Source: Chiloscyllium plagiosum (taxonomy: Eukaryota). From it: DNA of 22,092 nt. The position numbers were made by a program, and so were the translations under genes. Location of the stretch: assembly GCF_004010195.1 (NCBI RefSeq), contig NC_057719.1, positions 47,448,814 to 47,470,905 of the forward strand. The letters are read 5' to 3'. Positions 11,237-21,385 of the stretch are shown here, piece by piece. Every line of letters begins with the position of its first letter. Position 1 is the first letter of the stretch. Under the pieces are notes generated by a model. It had not been told where the DNA came from. It ran no database searches and saw only the letters and a list, made by a program, of their open reading frames with translations.

Positions 11237-11665
11237 NNNNNNNNNNNNNNNNNNNNNNNNNNNNNNNNNNNNNNNNNNNNNNNNNNNNNNNNNNNNNNNN
11301 NNNNNNNNNNNNNNNNNNNNNNNNNNNNNNNNNNNNNNNNNNNNNNNNNNNNNNNNNNNNNNNNNNNNNNNNNNNNNNNNNNNNNNNNNNNNNNNNNNNN
11401 NNNNNNNNNNNNNNNNNNNNNNNNNNNNNNNNNNNNNNNNNNNNNNNNNNNNNNNNNNNNNNNNNNNNNNNNNNNNNNNNNNNNNNNNNNNNNNNNNNNN
11501 NNNNNNNNNNNNNNNNNNNNNNNNNNNNNNNNNNNNNNNNNNNNNNNNNNNNNNNNNNNNNNNNNNNNNNNNNNNNNNNNNNNNNNNNNNNNNNNNNNNN
11601 NNNNNNNNNNNNNNNNNNNNNNNNNNNNNNNNNNNNNNNNNNNNNNNNNNNNNNNNNNNNNNNNN
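11237..11665. other. Assembly gap (about 429 N)
   Basis: A run of N inside CR1 ORF2 at the end of the APE domain. Confidence 0.99.
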
Positions 11666-12392
11666 AAATGAGAGAACAAGAATCCAGAGAAAGTATATTC
11701 CTGTCAGGGTGAAAGGAAAGACTGGTAGGTATAGGGAATGCTGGATGACTAAAGATATTGAGGGTTTGGTTAAGAAAAAGGAAGTGTATGTCAGGTATAG
11801 ACAGGATAGATCGAATGAATCCTTAGAGAATAAAGGAAGTAGGAGTATAATTGAGGGAAATCAGGAGGGCAAAAAGGGGACATGAGAGCGCTTTGGCAAA
11901 TAGAATTAAGGAGATCCAAATATATGAAGGACAAAAGGGTAACTAGGGAGAGAATAGGGCCCCTCAAAGATCAGCAAGGCGGCCTTTGTGTGGAGCCACA
12001 GAAAATGGGGGAGATACAAAATGAATATTTTGCATCAGTATTTACTGTGGAAAAGGATATGGAGGATATAGACTGTAGGGAAATAGATGGTGACATCTTG
12101 AAAAATGTCCAGATTACAGAGGAGGAAGTACTTGCTGGCTTGAAACGGATAAAGGTGGATAAATCCCCAGGACCTGATCAGGTGTACCCGAGAACTCTGT
12201 GGGGAGCTAGAGAAGTGATTGCTGGGCCTCTTGCTGAGATATTTGTATCATCGATAGTCACAGGTGAGGTGCTGGAGGACTGGAGGTTGGCTAATGTGGT
12301 ACCACTGTTTAGAAAGGTGGTAAAGGCAAGCCAATGAACTATAGACCAGCAAGCTCTTGGAGGGAATCCTGAGGGACAGGATGTACATGTAT

Positions 12393-12434
12393 TTGGAAAG
12401 GCAAGGACTGATTTTGGAAAGGCAAGGACTGATT
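12393..12434 (+). repeat. Perfect 21-bp tandem duplication inside CR1 ORF2
   Basis: TTGGAAAGGCAAGGACTGATT occurs twice (12393-12413, 12414-12434), encoding LERQGLI twice. Confidence 0.97.
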
Positions 12435-14550
12435 AGGGATAGTCAACATGGCTTTGTGCGTGGGGAAATCATGTCTCGCAAACTTGATTGAGTTTTTTGA
12501 AGAAGTAACAAAGAGGATTGAGGGCAGAGCCGTAGATGTGATCTATATGGACTTCAGTAAGGCGTTCGACAAGGTTCCCCATGGGAGACTGATTGATTAG
12601 CAAGGTTAGATCTCGTGGAATACAGGTAGAACTAGCCATTTGGATACAGAACTGGCTCAAAGGTAGACAGGGTGGTGATGGAGGGTTGTTTTTTCAGACT
12701 GGAGGCCTGTGACCAGTGGAGTGCCACAAGGGTCAGTGCTGTATCCTCTACTTTTTGTCATTTTCATAAATGATTTGGATGTGAGCAGAAGAGGTACAGG
12801 TAGTAAGTTTGCCGATGACACTAAAATTGGAGGTGTACTGGGCAGCGAAGAGGGTTATCTCAGATTGCAACAGGATCTGGATCAGATGGGCCAATGGGCT
12901 GAGAAGTGGTAGATGGAGTTTAATTCAGATAAATGCAAGGTGCTGCATTTTTGGGAAAGCAAATCCGTGCAGGACCTATCCACTTAATGGTAAGGTCCTA
13001 GGGAGTGTTGCTGAACAGAGACCTTGGAGTGCAGGTTCATTGCTCCTTGAAAGTGGAGTCACAGGTAGATAGGATAGTGAAGAAGGCGTTTGGTATGAGT
13101 ATTGAGTACAGGAGTTGGGAGGTCATGTTGCGGCTGTACAGGACTTTGGTTAGGTCACTGTTGGAATGTTGCGTGCAATTCTGGTCTCCTTCCTATCAGA
13201 AAGATGTTGTGCAACTTGAAAGGGTTCAGAAAAGATTTACAAGGGTTGGAGGATTTGAGCAACAGGGAGAGGCTGAACAGGCTGGGGATGTTTTCCCTGG
13301 AGTGTTGGAAGCTGAGGCGTGACCTCATAGAGGTTTACAAAATTGAGGGGCATGGATAGGATAAATAGACAAAGTCTTTTCCCTGGGGTCAGGGAGTCTA
13401 GAACTAGAGGGCATAGGTTTAGGGTGAGCGGGGAAAGACATGAGACCTCAGGGGCAACGTTTTCACGCAGAGGGTGGTGTGTATATGGGAGGAGCTGCCA
13501 GGGAATGTGGTGGAGGCTGGTACAATTGCAACCTTTAAGAGGCATTTGGATGGGTATATGAATAGGAAGGATTTGGAGGGATATGGGCTGGGTGCTGGCA
13601 GGTGGGACTAGATTAGGTTGGGATATCTGGTCGGCATGGACGGATTGGACTGAAGGGTCTGTTTCCATACTGCACATCTGACTCTCTCGAGGGAGTGCTC
13701 CAGCCACAACCCAAGGCAGTTTGACTACAACAGTGGCATTTAACAACATTATTGAAAATTGCTCACTGTTTTGTGTACACAGGACAAATCCAATCTAGGC
13801 TAATTACTGCCCCATGAATTTATTTTTTATCATAACTTTGAGGTGTTGCAGGGAGTGTATTAAGTGATACTTATACAACAATAGCCTGTTCACTGATACT
13901 CAACATGGATTTTGCCACGGCTTCTTGGTTCTTGTATATGTATGATTACAATCTTAGTCCACACATGGACAAAACAACTGAAAACTAATGAGATGAGTAA
14001 CTACACTTGGCATGCTTGGTTAAATGCTGCCTTGATGTTATCATTAAACCTTAACAAAACTGTACTGTAGTCAGTGGGAATCCGAAGGAAAGATTGGAGT
14101 CATTGACACCAAGGAAGATAGTCATAGTAGTGAAGGCTAGTAATTTCTACCTAGACTGTCTGAGTTCTCCAAGTTAGTGGCCTAAAACCTAGCAGCTTTG
14201 GTTGCTTTGTCAATTACCTTCCCTGTGGCATAAAGTCAGAAGTGGGAGTTACATTTGCTGGAAGTTCTATACAGTTCACAAATTGATAATGTAATCCATG
14301 CACATCTGAAGCAAGAATTGAACAATATTATATTAAGGCTTGGTCTGATAAATGGCAAGCAATATTCATTCTGTGCAGTTGTCAGGTGATGGCCGCCTCT
14401 AACACAAAAATCTAACCTCTTCCCTTAATTTCACTGGATTTCCCTGAAATTATTATCCTGAGGTTTACCATTGACCATAAACTGGATTAGACCTGCCTTA
14501 TTACTGCAGCTACAAGTACAGATCAGAATCTGGACACTTTTCAACTGAGT

Positions 14551-14754
14551 TGAGAATGTGTTGCTGGGAAAGCACAGCAGGTCAGGGAGCATCCGAGGAG
14601 CAGGAGAATCGATGTTTCGGGCATGAGCCCTTCATCATGAAGGGCTTATGCTTGAAACGTGCATTCTCCTGCACCTTTGTTGCCTGACCTGTGCTTTCCC
14701 AGCAACACACTCTCTGGTCTGATCTCCAGCATCTGCAGTCCTCACTTTCTCCTC
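14551..14754. mobile_element. Penelope-like element terminal remnant arranged as an inverted repeat, nested in the LINE at 13693-15250
   Basis: The arms 14552-14635 and 14637-14714 are reverse complements around TTCAT-C-ATGAA, followed by a unique 40-bp tail. The degenerate TSD is CACTTTTCAACTGAGT (14535-14550) / CACATTTGCACTGAAT (14755-14770), 12/16 identical. The inverted structure and the TGATGAAGGGC..GCCCGAAAC motif fit PLE pseudo-LTRs. Confidence 0.75.
14605..14638 (-). ncRNA. Vestigial minimal type I hammerhead-ribozyme motif, probably inactive
   Basis: The minus strand reads a-UGAUGA-A-GGGC-UCAU-GCCC-GAAA-C-AUC-GAUUC: the CUGANGA core lacking C3, a perfect 4-bp helix II, GAAA and an NUH triplet. 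Confidence 0.55.
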
Positions 14755-16334
14755 CACATTTGCACTGAATAAGTCACCTCTTAACTTCCTTAGCTTCTCT
14801 GTCATCTACAGCATGTAAATTATGTGAGATGGAATACACTCCATCTGCTTAAAGTGCAGCTCTAGTGACACCGTCCAGGATAAGCAACCCTCCATTTACC
14901 ACCCTCAACATCACCTGAGGCACAGTGGCAGCAGTTGCATCAACCTATCAAGGCTCCTTCAACATCTTCCAAACCTACCCAAGCTCTTGTTTTAGAAGAA
15001 TAAGAACAGCAGATGCTTGAAACCACCACCACCTGCAGGCTACACTCTCTCACCATGCATTGTCTTGAGTTCTAACCATCTGGCCGTTCCTTCATTTTCT
15101 GGGTCAAATACCTGGACCTTCTTTCCAAGCACTACCTGAGTTTATCCACACTAATTGGACTTCAGCAGTTCAAGAAAGTGGCTCACTATTACTACATAAA
15201 AGGCAATTGGGGATGAGCAGTAAATGTTGACCTCAATAATGATGCTTATATCTCAAATTTGTTTCTAAAGCAAGCATTGACTGTTGCCTAGAAGTCTGTA
15301 ATAACTATTTCAGGTGTACCCTATATTCATATTACAGTAGTCTTGTTTCAAAAGCATCCCTTCTGACTCTTCCTGCTGTACTTATGTTTTTATACAGTTG
15401 CATCTCAATCTAAAATGCCATAGTATTTTGTAGTGATGTCAACCTTCCTTTTCATTCTAAGGCCCAAAGCAAAAACAAACACTAAGGTGATCATTGGCAA
15501 CCTTGAGAATCTGTAAGATCTTACAATTATATTGATTTATCTATTTATCTCAGCAACTTTTTAAGCTCAAGTGATTTGAGAGTTTGGCTGTTCCATTGGC
15601 CACAATATGCATTGTTGTTTTTGCTATTAATAGTGCATCCACATTTGGAAGAGTGGAAATGTCCAATCTTTTTCTATTGCTCTGAAAATGTTTATCTGGT
15701 ATGTGGTGCTGAATGATCTATAATGAAAAGAATTTGACTAACCAGTGTCATTTGGGATCTGCAGAAGTACTACGGAAACTCCATATTCTTCAAGAGAATT
15801 AATGGCATGCCAATACATTCCAGAGTCATGAGTTGTAGTGAATTTTGGTCGTGGATGTAGTGATCTGTATCCCTCCAGTGAGATCCAGGAAAATTTTTCA
15901 TTTGTTATGCGCATAGCCTTTCGTTTTATGTTAGGATGTTTTCTGTTAATAGCTTTATTAGCATTTAAATTAAAGGTGAAAAATAATCCCAAAGTTCATT
16001 TTACTTTCAGGACTAGCTGTCATTGTTGAGTATAGGTGCAGCAATTGGCTGAAGTAATAGTTTTTTTTAAAAGGGAGAATGCAGAAACACTTTATTTAAA
16101 GAAGCTTCATGTTCCAGGACTTAGTTTAGAATTCAGGTCTTTTTGAGCATTTTTCATCCTGCCATAGTGAATAACCTTATGTATATTATACTTTTGAAGA
16201 ATTAAATTGCTGAAAAATTTGAAGCATTTATAACATAGATGACATTCTTGTGAATGGTGTATGTGGTTAAACAAATTAAAATGTAACCAATAAATTAATT
16301 TCAGTGATAAGTTTCCTTAAAATATCTTCAGTTG

Positions 16335-17385
16335 TTGTGACACAAGGAGATCGTTTGGCCTGTTCTTGTACCAATTATTAACGAGCATCGGTATCTCGTG
16401 TCTCCCTTTTTTAGCTTTTATTTTAGGCCCATACCCTGGTATGCCATATTTTTGTCTAAATGATCATCCAATAACCTCTTAAATGCCTGCATTGAAACTG
16501 CCTCCTCCACGTTTCCAGATAAGGCATTCTGTACCCTTACTACTACTATCTCACGCCTCTCTTGCTGCTCTTCTGCATCACTTTAAATCTATGCCCTCTT
16601 GTTTTTCTTTTTTAAGTGGGAAAGCTTCTCCCAATCTACAGCCCGCTCCATGATTTTGAAAACCACCTATTAAACTCCCTCTCGGTTGCCTTCTTTCTAA
16701 GGTTGACAGGTCCCAGTTCCAGCGACTTCAAATAATTTTCACAACTGAAGGCTCTCATTCTTGGAACCATTCTTGTAAATTGCTGCTGCACTCGGATCAA
16801 TATATTCACATCTTTTTCAATAAAGTTGTGCACACAACTGTACAGAACACTCCAGGTAAAGTCTTATATGTACATTATACAATTTCAAAATCATGTCCTT
16901 GCTCTTGTACTGTGTGCCACTTTTTAAATAAAGCTGGGGACACTGCTTTAACTGCACTTTCCATTTGTCACCTTCAATGATCTGTGCATAAATACACAGC
17001 TGAATCCTTTTGCTCGTGCACTATTTTTTTTTAGAATATAGCCCCAACTTGATATTGCCTTTCAATGTTCTTCCTACCAAAGTGCATCACAACCATATTT
17101 CTCTGCATTGAACTTCATTTGCCACTTATTATTCACTCCCAAACTTGTCAATTCCCTTTGAGTTCCACAATGTCATCCTCACATTCTTCTACGTTGTGAT
17201 ATCTGCAAACTTTGAAATTGACCTCTGCATAGTAAGATCTAGATTATTAATATATTATCAGGGGAAGAAAGGGACCCAGTAGTGAGACCCCTGGGAATTC
17301 CATGCAAAGCCTCCTTCTAGTCCAAACAAAATCCATTGATCTTTACTCTATTTCATATCATAAAACCAATTTTGTATTTATCTAG
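16335..17385 (-). mobile_element. Old CR1 LINE fragment, RT through 3' UTR
   Basis: The minus strand has KFAD (CAAAGTTTGCAGAT near 17200-17213), WQMKFNAEK, GVFCTVV (a frameshifted EYCVQLW) and KDVNILIRVQQQFTRMVPRMR (ORF 16636-16833). Confidence 0.8.
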
Positions 17386-17719
17386 CATGACTGTAACCCA
17401 GAATAGTGTGTGGAAAGCACATTGTGATCAGTGAACAGGATTCTTTATAAGCAGAGTGTTATAGTTGTGAATTTGATGCTGTGATGGAGTTTAAAGTTAT
17501 AAAGGCATTTTTTTTTGGAAACAGTGGTGTGGAAAGGAGAGGAAATGATATCAGGTCATACCTGAAAAGGAAACACAATCTTTTAGGTTTCTAGAAAAAC
17601 TAAAATGGAAACTTCAAATTTCTGGAGCATCTGCAACTGGTTGAAACGATACAAAAGACGGCGAACCACCCCCAGCTCAGTTGACCTAGTGGTATATCAA
17701 AATGAAGGCTGAAGAAGGT

Positions 17720-17880
17720 AGAGGTAATATAGTTCCTGGGATAATTTGCTGTAACTTGATAATATTAGTGCAGCCATGATATCAAAACTGTCATGAGCAG
17801 AATTGAGATGGTACTACAGATATGTGCCATATTGAAGTTGGAAACTGTGCTGGTGATTGCTGCTGTTGGTGGAGATCAGG
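17720..17880 (-). mobile_element. Possible very old L2 ORF2 remnant
   Basis: A frameshifted minus-strand translation gives ITST-FQL-NMAHI...LIH..ALILS..YS, resembling L2 ITKTAYFHLRNIARLR...LIHAFVTSRLDYS. The evidence is weak and by eye only. Confidence 0.3.
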
Positions 17881-18819
17881 CTAAATCCTGGAAGAACAAC
17901 TAAAGGAATTTTGTTTGTAATGAAGAAAATAGTTTGGAAGGGTTTTGTTGCTGAGTTTGATGCCATTTTTGCTGTGGAAGAACAGCTAAATCTGTAAGAT
18001 CTACCTTTTTTTTATATCAGCAATTTAAAGTGTAAATTATAACTTGCACTGAATACAGTTTGCTTATTTATTTTACATTTAAGTTTTTGGTTTGATTGCT
18101 ATAGCCTTAAATTTTAAAGAATGAAATATTGTACAGCAGTTTCTGCTCTGAGCATTTTGTTCTTTTTGTTATTGGTCTTCACCAGTTTGTAACAGTGCAA
18201 ATGGAAAAGGAAGTGGTGCTTTCTGTTTCCTGTTGAGTGTTCTTTGTCTCCAAGCTAAGACACCATAATTTGCTATTAAATTAGTAACCAAACAAATAAG
18301 CTTTTGCTAGTGGTGTGCTATGAATGCAATATGTTTGCTTGGAGTGGGGTCCTTGGTTATGTGGATGTTTTTGTTTCTGGAGGTATTCAGATGTCTTAAG
18401 TTAAATAGAGCTTCAGAAGTTGTCGGTCTGAATTAGGAGGATGTTGGGTGTCTAGGATTTTGTAATGCAGGTTCCTTGACCCTTGATGTTGACCAATTTA
18501 GTACAAGGTACTTGTTGCCTGTGTGATTGAGAACAGCGCTGCAGGGTGGATGGACAAACTAACCATTGCACCATGATAAAGGAGACCATTCAGATGGAGA
18601 AAATGAAAAGGAATGTAGCAGTGAAAGAGGATAGATGCTGTTTTCTGCAGCTGTGGCAAGTTTGAAGATAACGTTCTCATGGTTGGAGATGAACTGGGAG
18701 TGGGTGGATTATCCATTTATAATGTTAGAATCAATGACATAAGAGTAATGTTCTGTTGAGACTGGAAATTCCGATCTGAATTAAAACATGGAATCTTAAT
18801 GCGAAAAGTCTTTGGATTG

Positions 18820-20680
18820 TTATCCAAGTCACATGTCTATTAGCATAGGATGAAGCAAGTTAAAGAATAAACATGGTTTTGATTCATGGCATACTGTTAC
18901 CAATACAGGGGAAAGTGGGAACTGTTCCTTAAGAGTGAACATATAAACCATATTGGATTTAATGTTTGAGAGTTATACAACTAGGGTCATAAATAGGGCC
19001 GTAAGCTAAAATAGATGGTTGTTAGGGTCAGGTGAAGAAGCTTAGCAACATAGAAACAAGTTGACACAATAAAGACTAACTGTGGGACACAAGGGGCTGA
19101 GTGTTTCAAAGTTACGGTATGTAATTATATAGGACTTCCACATTTATCAATGCTTGAAGAACTCAAATAAACAGATGAGCCTAATGGCTCTCAGAAATAA
19201 ATATTTTGGCTCTGTAATAGTGTTTTAGAAATACGTATAAGGTGTCCACAGTTGGAAAATAAATACCCTGGGCTATTTAGACATTTGCAGTTGTCCGTCT
19301 GTCTTTTCAAATTAAGTCCGGACCCAAAGTAAAGGATCATCTAAGGACAATAGTGAGAGAGGATATTGTTTCAAGATCCGTAAGCTGAATTCATAGGGTG
19401 GAAATTAGACACAAGAAAGGGAGTAGGCTCCAAAACGGCACCTATACCATTTGGGCACAGCCTTAATCAAAACAAAAATGGAATTTGCAATGCTGTAATT
19501 GTTAGGACTTGCATTTGAGTTGGCTAGTTGAGGTAATTATGAAGTTGTCTGGAGGATGAGTTTGTCAAATGATTTCATGACCGCTTCCTTCTGCAGTGCA
19601 TCATGAAATCAACTCCTAATAAGCAATTTTAGATCTAGTGCTGAGTAATGAGACAGTTAATTAGTAATTCAAAAGAAAAATCCTCTGGGGGAGTTGGGGC
19701 AAAGAAGTGATCATAGCACAACTAAAATTCTCTTTTTAGTTTGAAAGTATCATACCCCAGGTGCAAGCGAGAAACTTAAATTCAAACAAAGCTGATTTAG
19801 AGTCGTAGAGATGTACAGCATGGAAACAGTTCTTTTTTGGTCCAACTCGTCCATGCTGACCAGATATCTTCTTCCCCCGCAACAACCCTCAACATATTTT
19901 CTCCAGTTCTGGACTTTCCCACGTCATAAACAGACAAAGTCTTTTCCCTCCTATCCACGCCTCTCACGATTTTATAAACCTCTACAAGGTCACCCTCAGC
20001 CTCCAACACTCAAGGGAAAACAGCCCCAACTTATTCAACCTCTCCCTTTAGCTCAAATCCTCCAACCCTAGCAACATCCTTAAATCTTTTCTGAACCCTT
20101 TCAAGTTTCACCTCGTTAGGAAGGAGACTAGAACTGCATGCACTATTCCAACAGTGGCCTAACCAATGTCCTGTATAGCTGCAACATGACCTCCCAACTC
20201 CTGTACTCAACACTCTGACCAATAAAGGAAAGCATACCAACGCCACCTTCACTATCCTATCTACCTGCGACTCCACTTTCAAGGAGCGATGAATCTGCAC
20301 TCCAAGGTCTCTTTGTTCAGCAACACTCCCCAGGACCTTACCATTAAGGTGTATAAGTCCTGCTAAGATTTGCTTTCCCAAAATACAGCACCTCCATTTA
20401 TCTAAATTAAACTGCATCTGCCACTCCTCAGCCTATTGGCCCATCTGATCATGATCCCGTTGTAATCTTCACTATCCACTATACCTCCAACTTTGGTGTC
20501 ATCTGCAAACTTATTGTTTAGGTATGAGGGAATAGAACTGTCTCAGCTTGATTTGATAAATGTAGACCAAGAGGTATTATGACAACAAAGTGGGATTTTC
20601 TTTTTAATAAAACCTAAAGCATTTAACAATGATAGTTGCATTGCAGAGAAGTCTGGCAACAGCTTAACATTGTCTTTTAA
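18820..20680 (+). mobile_element. Very old CR1 fragment (esterase end, APE and linker), split by a younger insertion at 19798-20513
   Basis: Shows YRGKWELF (esterase end), INTLGY, and EDEFV..D.FL.Q.I..T..AILDLVLSNE...SDHS (APE end). The frame resumes across the insertion as NKAD|CLGMR..ELSQLD. The outer boundaries are uncertain. Confidence 0.7.
19798..20513 (-). mobile_element. 5'-truncated HER1-like CR1 3' fragment with an internal ~190-bp deletion
   Basis: The reverse complement matches 12803-13686 from KFADDTK to the tail CTCTACGACTCTA. A 3-bp TSD ATT is possible (19795-19797 / 20513-20515). Confidence 0.92.
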
Positions 20681-20689
20681 GGTATGATT

Positions 20690-21385
20690 TGGTGAGCATG
20701 TGATGTCCCAGACATCATGTCACAACCCTGATAGGCATGATAGACCTGTTGGAGGTGGCAAGCAGAATAGTGGTGTGCTTGTGGGAAGGAGTTACCCTGG
20801 GAGCCCTCCACTTTAATTCTAAAACACATGATGCTTTATGGCGTCAGGTCATGAAGTACTGAGAGTGGCAAGCCTGCGAATGTATTTTGGAGGACTTTGT
20901 CCATCACCTCATTATAGATTTGGTTTAAACATGGACAAAAGAGCTAAACTAGAGCTGAAGGTAACTTGATACTGTGGTATCAGGGGCCCGAGCAAAACTG
21001 AAGTAATTCAGAATAGGGAGAAAATATTTCATTGGTTGGAATCCTGTCTGACAAAAAGGAAGTTGGCTGTTGTGAGAGACCAATCATATCAGCCATCCTT
21101 GGGACATCACTATAAGAATCCCTAAGGGTCGTATCCTTGGGCCAGTCGTCGCCTGCTTCTATTCGTCATAAGGTCAGAAATCAGGATGTTTGCTGATGAT
21201 TGTGTTATTCAGCACTATTTCTATATGCACAGGAACTGCTTCAATACCAAAGGAGCTCTTGTCCATTTGCAGCTCATTCTGGACTACTTTCAGACTTTAT
21301 TTGATAAGTAGCAAGTATTATTAATTCCACAAGGGCCAAGCAGTGACGCACTCCAATGAGAGAGAGAGAATCTGACCACTTCCTC
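20690..21385 (+). mobile_element. Second non-LTR family: internally deleted copy with APE fused to mid-RT
   Basis: The APE part (DR..GGG, EGVTLGAL, EVLRVA, degenerate DFNVHH) runs to about 20908, followed by LII.LV.TWTKELN, VWYQG, WLES.L, PKGRILGP, IRSEIRMFADDC and DK*QV. Confidence 0.75.

Larger units (their letters stand above)
10620..13575 (+). pseudogene. Disrupted CR1 ORF2: APE endonuclease and reverse transcriptase
   Basis: Motifs include CIYFNARGL, AITETWL, GLYYRPPN, DFNFP, PTREGAKLDL, KSPGPDQVYPR, DWRLANVVPLF, SQHGF, DFSKAFD (12550), GVPQGSVL (12718) and KFADD (12805-12819). It has multiple indels, and both ends are approximate. Confidence 0.9.
9190..13686 (+). mobile_element. Near full-length HER1-like CR1 LINE, inactive, interrupted by two assembly gaps
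   Basis: It has a 5' leader, ORF1, ORF2 and a 3' UTR ending GAAGGGTCTGTTTCCATACTGCACATCTGACTCT. The domain order zf/lz-esterase-APE-RT is that of vertebrate CR1. The 5' boundary is approximate. Confidence 0.93.
13693..15250 (+). mobile_element. Second non-LTR family: RT domain through 3' end, old and decayed
   Basis: Shows degenerate QDKSN..NYCP, HGFCHG, TWTKQL, FVNYLP..IKSEVG.FA (from FINDLP..IRSEVGMFADD) and W.DKWQ. The 3' end is GCAGTTCAAGAAAGTGGCTCAC...GGCAATTGGGGATGAGCAGTAAATG. It is homologous to 20909-21385. Confidence 0.78.

Noticed and set aside
9531..11712. Long ORFs containing runs of X
   Set aside because: They are artefacts of translating through N gaps.
11882..12337. 151-aa ORF as a functional gene
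   Set aside because: It is a fragment of CR1 ORF2 bounded by frameshifts, with no intact RT frame.
14552..14714. pre-miRNA, MITE or terminator interpretation of the hairpin
   Set aside because: The asymmetric tail, long TSD and hammerhead-like motif fit a Penelope-type inverted end better, although small-RNA production is not excluded.
15738..16029. Overlapping 84-aa (-) and 63-aa (+) ORFs
   Set aside because: Neither has a recognisable domain, and these lengths are expected by chance.
17400..17580. Possible very old CR1 3' end
   Set aside because: The similarity is too weak to call.
18340..18720. Possible RTE-like remnant on the minus strand
   Set aside because: There is only a faint resemblance near IGQH, too degraded to support by eye.
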